Source: Balanoglossus misakiensis
Taxonomy: Eukaryota; Animalia; Hemichordata
Reading direction: 5' to 3'
Length of the DNA stretch: 64,000 nt
Assembly: GCA_040954595.2 (NCBI GenBank)
Contig: CM082587.2
Span: forward strand, 10,669,403 to 10,733,402
Shown here: positions 59,964 to 64,000 of the stretch, in pieces
Layout of the letters: each line of letters begins with the position of its first letter
Numbering within the stretch: position 1 is the stretch's first letter
Notes under the pieces: generated by a model
Told to the model about the DNA's origin: nothing
The model's database searches: none
Seen by the model: only the letters and a program-made list of their open reading frames with translations
Program-made: the position numbers and the translations under genes

Positions 59964-61530
59964 TGGCCTGGCTAATCAATGTTGACGCAAGGGTTGACCC
60001 CACCAAACACTCAAAATTGATGGGCACGACACTGGCCACTAGCTCTGGCCTGGCTAATCAATGTTGACGCAAGGGTTGACCCCACCAAACACTCAAAATT
60101 GATGGGCAAGACACTGGCCACTAGCTCTGGCCTGGCTAATCAATGTTGACGCAAAGGTTGACCCCACCAAACACTCAAAATTGATGGGCACGACACTGGC
60201 CACTAGTTCTGGCCTGGCTAATCAATGTTGACGCAAAGGTTGACCCCACAACCACTCAAAATTGATGGGCACGACACTGGCCACTAGCTCTGGCCTGGCT
60301 AATCAATGTTGACGCAAAGGTTGACCCCACCAAACACTCAAAATTGATGGGCACGACACTGGCCACTAGCTCTGGCCTGGCTAATCAATGTTGACGCAAA
60401 GGTTGACCCCACCAAACACTCAAAATTGATGGGCACGACACCCAGGCCACTAGCTCTGGCCTGGCTAATCAATGTTGACGCAAAGGTTGACCCCACCAAA
60501 CACTCAAAATTGATGGGCACGACACTGGCCACTAGCTCTGGCCTGGTTAATGAATGTTGACGCAAAAGTTGACCCCACCAAACACTCAAAATTAATAGGC
60601 ACGACACTGGCCACTAGCTCTGCATGGCCTGGTTAATCAATGTTGACGCAAAGGTTGACCCCACCAAACACTCAAAATTAATGGGCACAACACTGGCCAC
60701 TAGCTCTGCATGGCCTGGTTAATCAATGTTGACGCAAAGGTTGACCCCACCAAACACTCAAAATTAATGGGCTCGACACTGGCCACTAGCTCTGGCCTGG
60801 CTTATCAATGTTGACGCAAGGGTTGACCCCACCAAACACTCAAAATTGATGGGCACGACACTGGCCACTAGCTCTGGCCTGGCTAATCAATGTTGACGCA
60901 AGGGTTGACCCCACCAAACACTCAAAATTGATGGGCACGACACTGGCCACTAGCTCTGGCCTGGCTAATCAATGTTGACGCAAGGGTTGACCCCACCAAA
61001 CACTCAAAATTGATGGGCACGACACTGGCCACTAGCTCTGGCCTGGCTAATCAATGTTGACGCAAGGGTTGACCCCACCAAACACTCAAAATTGATGGGC
61101 AAGACACTGGCCACTAGCTCTGGCCTGGCTAATCAATGTTGACGCAAAGGTTGACCCCACCAAACACTCAAAATTGATGGGCACGACACTGGCCACTAGT
61201 TCTGGCCTGGCTAATCAATGTTGACGCAAAGGTTGACCCCACAAACACTCAAAATTGATGGGCACGACACTGGCCACTAGCTCTGGCCTGGCTAATCAAT
61301 GTTGACGCAAAGGTTGACCCCACCAAACACTCAAAATTGATGGGCACGACACTGGCCACTAGCTCTGGCCTGGCTAATCAATGTTGACGCAAAGGTTGAC
61401 CCCACCAAACACTCAAAATTGATGGGCACGACACCCAGGCCACTAGCTCTGGCCTGGCTAATCAATGTTGACGCAAAGGTTGACCCCACCAAACACTCAA
61501 AATTGATGGGCACGACACTGGCCACTAGCT
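59964..61530. repeat. Satellite array, right arm (about 19 monomers)
   Basis: Same monomer resumes in register after the transposon, mostly the GGCTAAT variant. Confidence 0.97.
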
Positions 61531-61890
61531 AGATATTGTTTTCCACCAAGTTTTTGCCTTGTTTTCGACATTGTAAATGTGTATTCTTTTGTTGAAGTGA
61601 TGCCGTGAAGTGTAGTGAAGTTTAATAGGTTTTTGAGGAGTTGTTGAAGTTTTTGTGATGACCGCAAGAGAGACGGTCTGCTGATGAAGTCGAGATGTTT
61701 TAATGACCGCAAGGGAGACGGTCTGGCGTATGAAAATGGCCCTTTGAGTTGGCATGTGAGTTCATACGAGGGACAAGAGAGAAGTCCCAGAGTGTAGTTG
61801 AAGTTGATCGTGATTTTATTGTAGTCTTACGCATCCTTTCACATAAGAATTCGTGTCGTGGTTATTTTTGAACCTGACAGTATGATGAAG

Positions 61891-62292
61891 TGTATCTGTA
61901 TCTGTATCTGTATCTGTATCTGTATAATACTGCAGAGTAACTCAGAAATTGAGCAGTAATCCTGCAGGTGCGCAAGGTGAATTTAGTCGTGATGACTAGT
62001 TATTCCTGAAAGACCAGCTTTAAAATGCTCTAGGTTTGTGCTAGTTACAATGTTATCAGGTAAGTGGTTCCAGTCAATAATGGTTCGCGGAATGAAGGAG
62101 TGTTAACTGTGTAAGTATCTGTTTTGACATTGGTATGAACAGGGGTCTTGAGTGTGAATTACTGGATGTACGTGGGTTGAATTTAATATGACTTTCGGCT
62201 GGAGTTGCGATTTGGTTATTTTGTACATAAGATGAAGCCGCTGTTCTCTCCTGCGATCAGATAGTGGTATTAAATTAAGATCTTTTAACATT
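61891..62292 (-). mobile_element. 5'-truncated CR1-group LINE 3' fragment with nearby (GATACA)n microsatellite
   Basis: Translations MLKDLNLIPLSDRRREQRLHLMYKI and NSFIPRTIIDWNHLP are typical of a CR1-group ORF2 C-terminus. (TGTATC)n at 61891-61924. Confidence 0.65.
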
Positions 62293-63319
62293 CATTAAAT
62301 TCATTTTTACTGTTTATTACGAGCTTGTATTGCATTAGGATCCACTCTGAAATGCTCCGTACTTGGCGGTATTATCCGGAACCGTTATTGTGTTCGAGAG
62401 CATCTTTGGAATGTGCCTGCTCCGTTAGTACAGCAGTGAAGAGACTGTTTGTACGAAAGAACTATCAGACTTGATTTTTTACGCGGTTATTGACTGTTGA
62501 ATTTTTCACTGGAAAAGAGACACTCTTTGACGAGAAGTCAGAACAGTGAAGTCGTTTTGAATTTTGACATTGAAAACGTTTTATGCGATTTTCTTTAATT
62601 TGTTTGAACAGGCTGTGATATTTTAAAGGTGATTATTGCGTTTGATTTTGACGTAGTGTATTTAAAACCGATAGCGCAGATTTGGTTTTCGTTTTCATTC
62701 TTTCTTTGATCGAACGTGGAAGTTCGATTATTGGAAAAGTGGGAAAGTGTCACGACTGAGTTTTAACGCTCACAGATCTTTTCTATGATTACGTAAGAAG
62801 TCATTCACTTGTATGGTTTTAGTCCAGTATTGACATAGGTACTTGACCCAGAGTAAACAAGATTGTGTAATTGATACATGTCAGAACGAGATAGAGATAT
62901 CACGCGCTAAGTTCATGTTTAAGATATATTAAGATGACGTGTTCCTTTTATGACTTAATACTTGACTAATGTATTAATAAGGTGTGGTGAAATTTGAGAT
63001 CACACGTTTATCACCGGAGATCCGTGATAGGAGTCAACGAGCATGGATCGAGTCGTGCAATTCTTACGTGTGACCAGTAATAAACCAGAACTTTGTGTTA
63101 CTCGGAAAACTTGTTGCAAGTCTCTGTCTACGAAAGGTTTACGATCTGCCGGGTACCTCTCTCGGACTTTATGAATATGTTGGGTGGAGAAGGAGATGGA
63201 GAGAATGTACGCCGTCAGCCTTCGGACGTGGCTGATTCCCCACAGAAGCCGATGAGGTAAACGTCCGGAGGACGACCGGCCGTAACAACAAACTGCATGA
63301 ATTAAAGTTCAACAATCCT

Positions 63320-63623
63320 TAGAAGACAGGAACGTCAGAGGTTGAATCTTGATGGGAAAAGGCGAGGTATCGCTGGTTATCATCGGCGTACTGATGAAAT
63401 TGTAGGATGTGGGGACGAATCGGTTTACTATAAAGTGGGGCTATATAAATGGTGAACAACAGAGGGGCAGTGGCACCCCGTATACGAGAGGTGACTGTGA
63501 ACTTGCAGTGTTTTCGATGATTACAGTTTGATATCTATATTGAAGGTAAGATGTAAACCATGTTAGTACTGTGTCTGAGATGCCAAGGTTCGATAGTCTA
63601 CAAAGAAGTATCCCGTGATGCAA
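63320..63623 (-). pseudogene. Degenerate LINE (L2/CR1-group) reverse transcriptase fragment
   Basis: HGILLCRLSNLGISDTVLTWFTSYLQYRYQTV...YGVP followed, after frameshifts, by FHQYADD. Confidence 0.75.
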
Positions 63624-64000
63624 ATGTACAACTGAAGAAAAAAGGAATCACAAATCTTAAAACTAAGATGCCGTTAAGAATTAAATTTCGCGAAAAGGAA
63701 GTGACGAAATACGTACATTTTCAGGTGCTCTACAACAAGTAGTCTCCCTATCATCCCTATTGGAGCATGCAGCTAAAATTTACCATGACGTCATTGATTC
63801 TACGCGAACGTTTTTCTAATAGCGATAAACATATTTTGTATAAATTGTGCTCAAACGCCCGTGAATCTCACTCGCAAAAATTCACAAGTGGCGCATACAA
63901 CACTAGGAAGAAAATTTTTTAGCAGTCTATAGAGTTTGTGACCTGAGATTTGGAAGTAAAAGTTAAACTTAAAAGTTGAGACAGAAGTGATTGAAGAGTA

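Noticed and set aside
61531-63300. Possible further LINE 5'/ORF1 remnants around the called fragments
   Set aside because: Composition is suggestive, but I could not identify motifs firmly enough to call them.

Overview
Repeat-dominated animal (probably invertebrate) genomic DNA with no confidently identifiable host gene. Positions 1-21.4 kb are a patchwork of Helentron-type non-autonomous elements (HINEs), MITEs, a LINE 3' fragment and minisatellites. An 82/86-bp satellite runs from 21.4 to 39.8 kb and resumes at 60.0-61.5 kb. It is split by a CACTA/EnSpm (CMC) DNA transposon (39758-59963, 2-bp TG target-site duplication). That transposon encodes a 3-exon transposase and a divergently transcribed 7-exon BEN-domain gene. 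Nested between these two genes is an intact, very young 10,974-bp Ty3/Gypsy LTR retrotransposon (44848-55821, minus strand, apparently identical 295-bp LTRs, GACC duplication). Its architecture is unusual: Gag begins with a ComEA-like helix-hairpin-helix, Pol (reached via a -1 slippery site and pseudoknot) ends in a PHF2/BPTF-like PHD finger, and a third ORF in the env position, behind a clean splice acceptor, ends in a complete TatD-family nuclease domain. This HhH-Gag / Pol-PHD / TatD retroelement is the best candidate for an undescribed system. All domain calls come from reading motifs by eye; no database searches were run.
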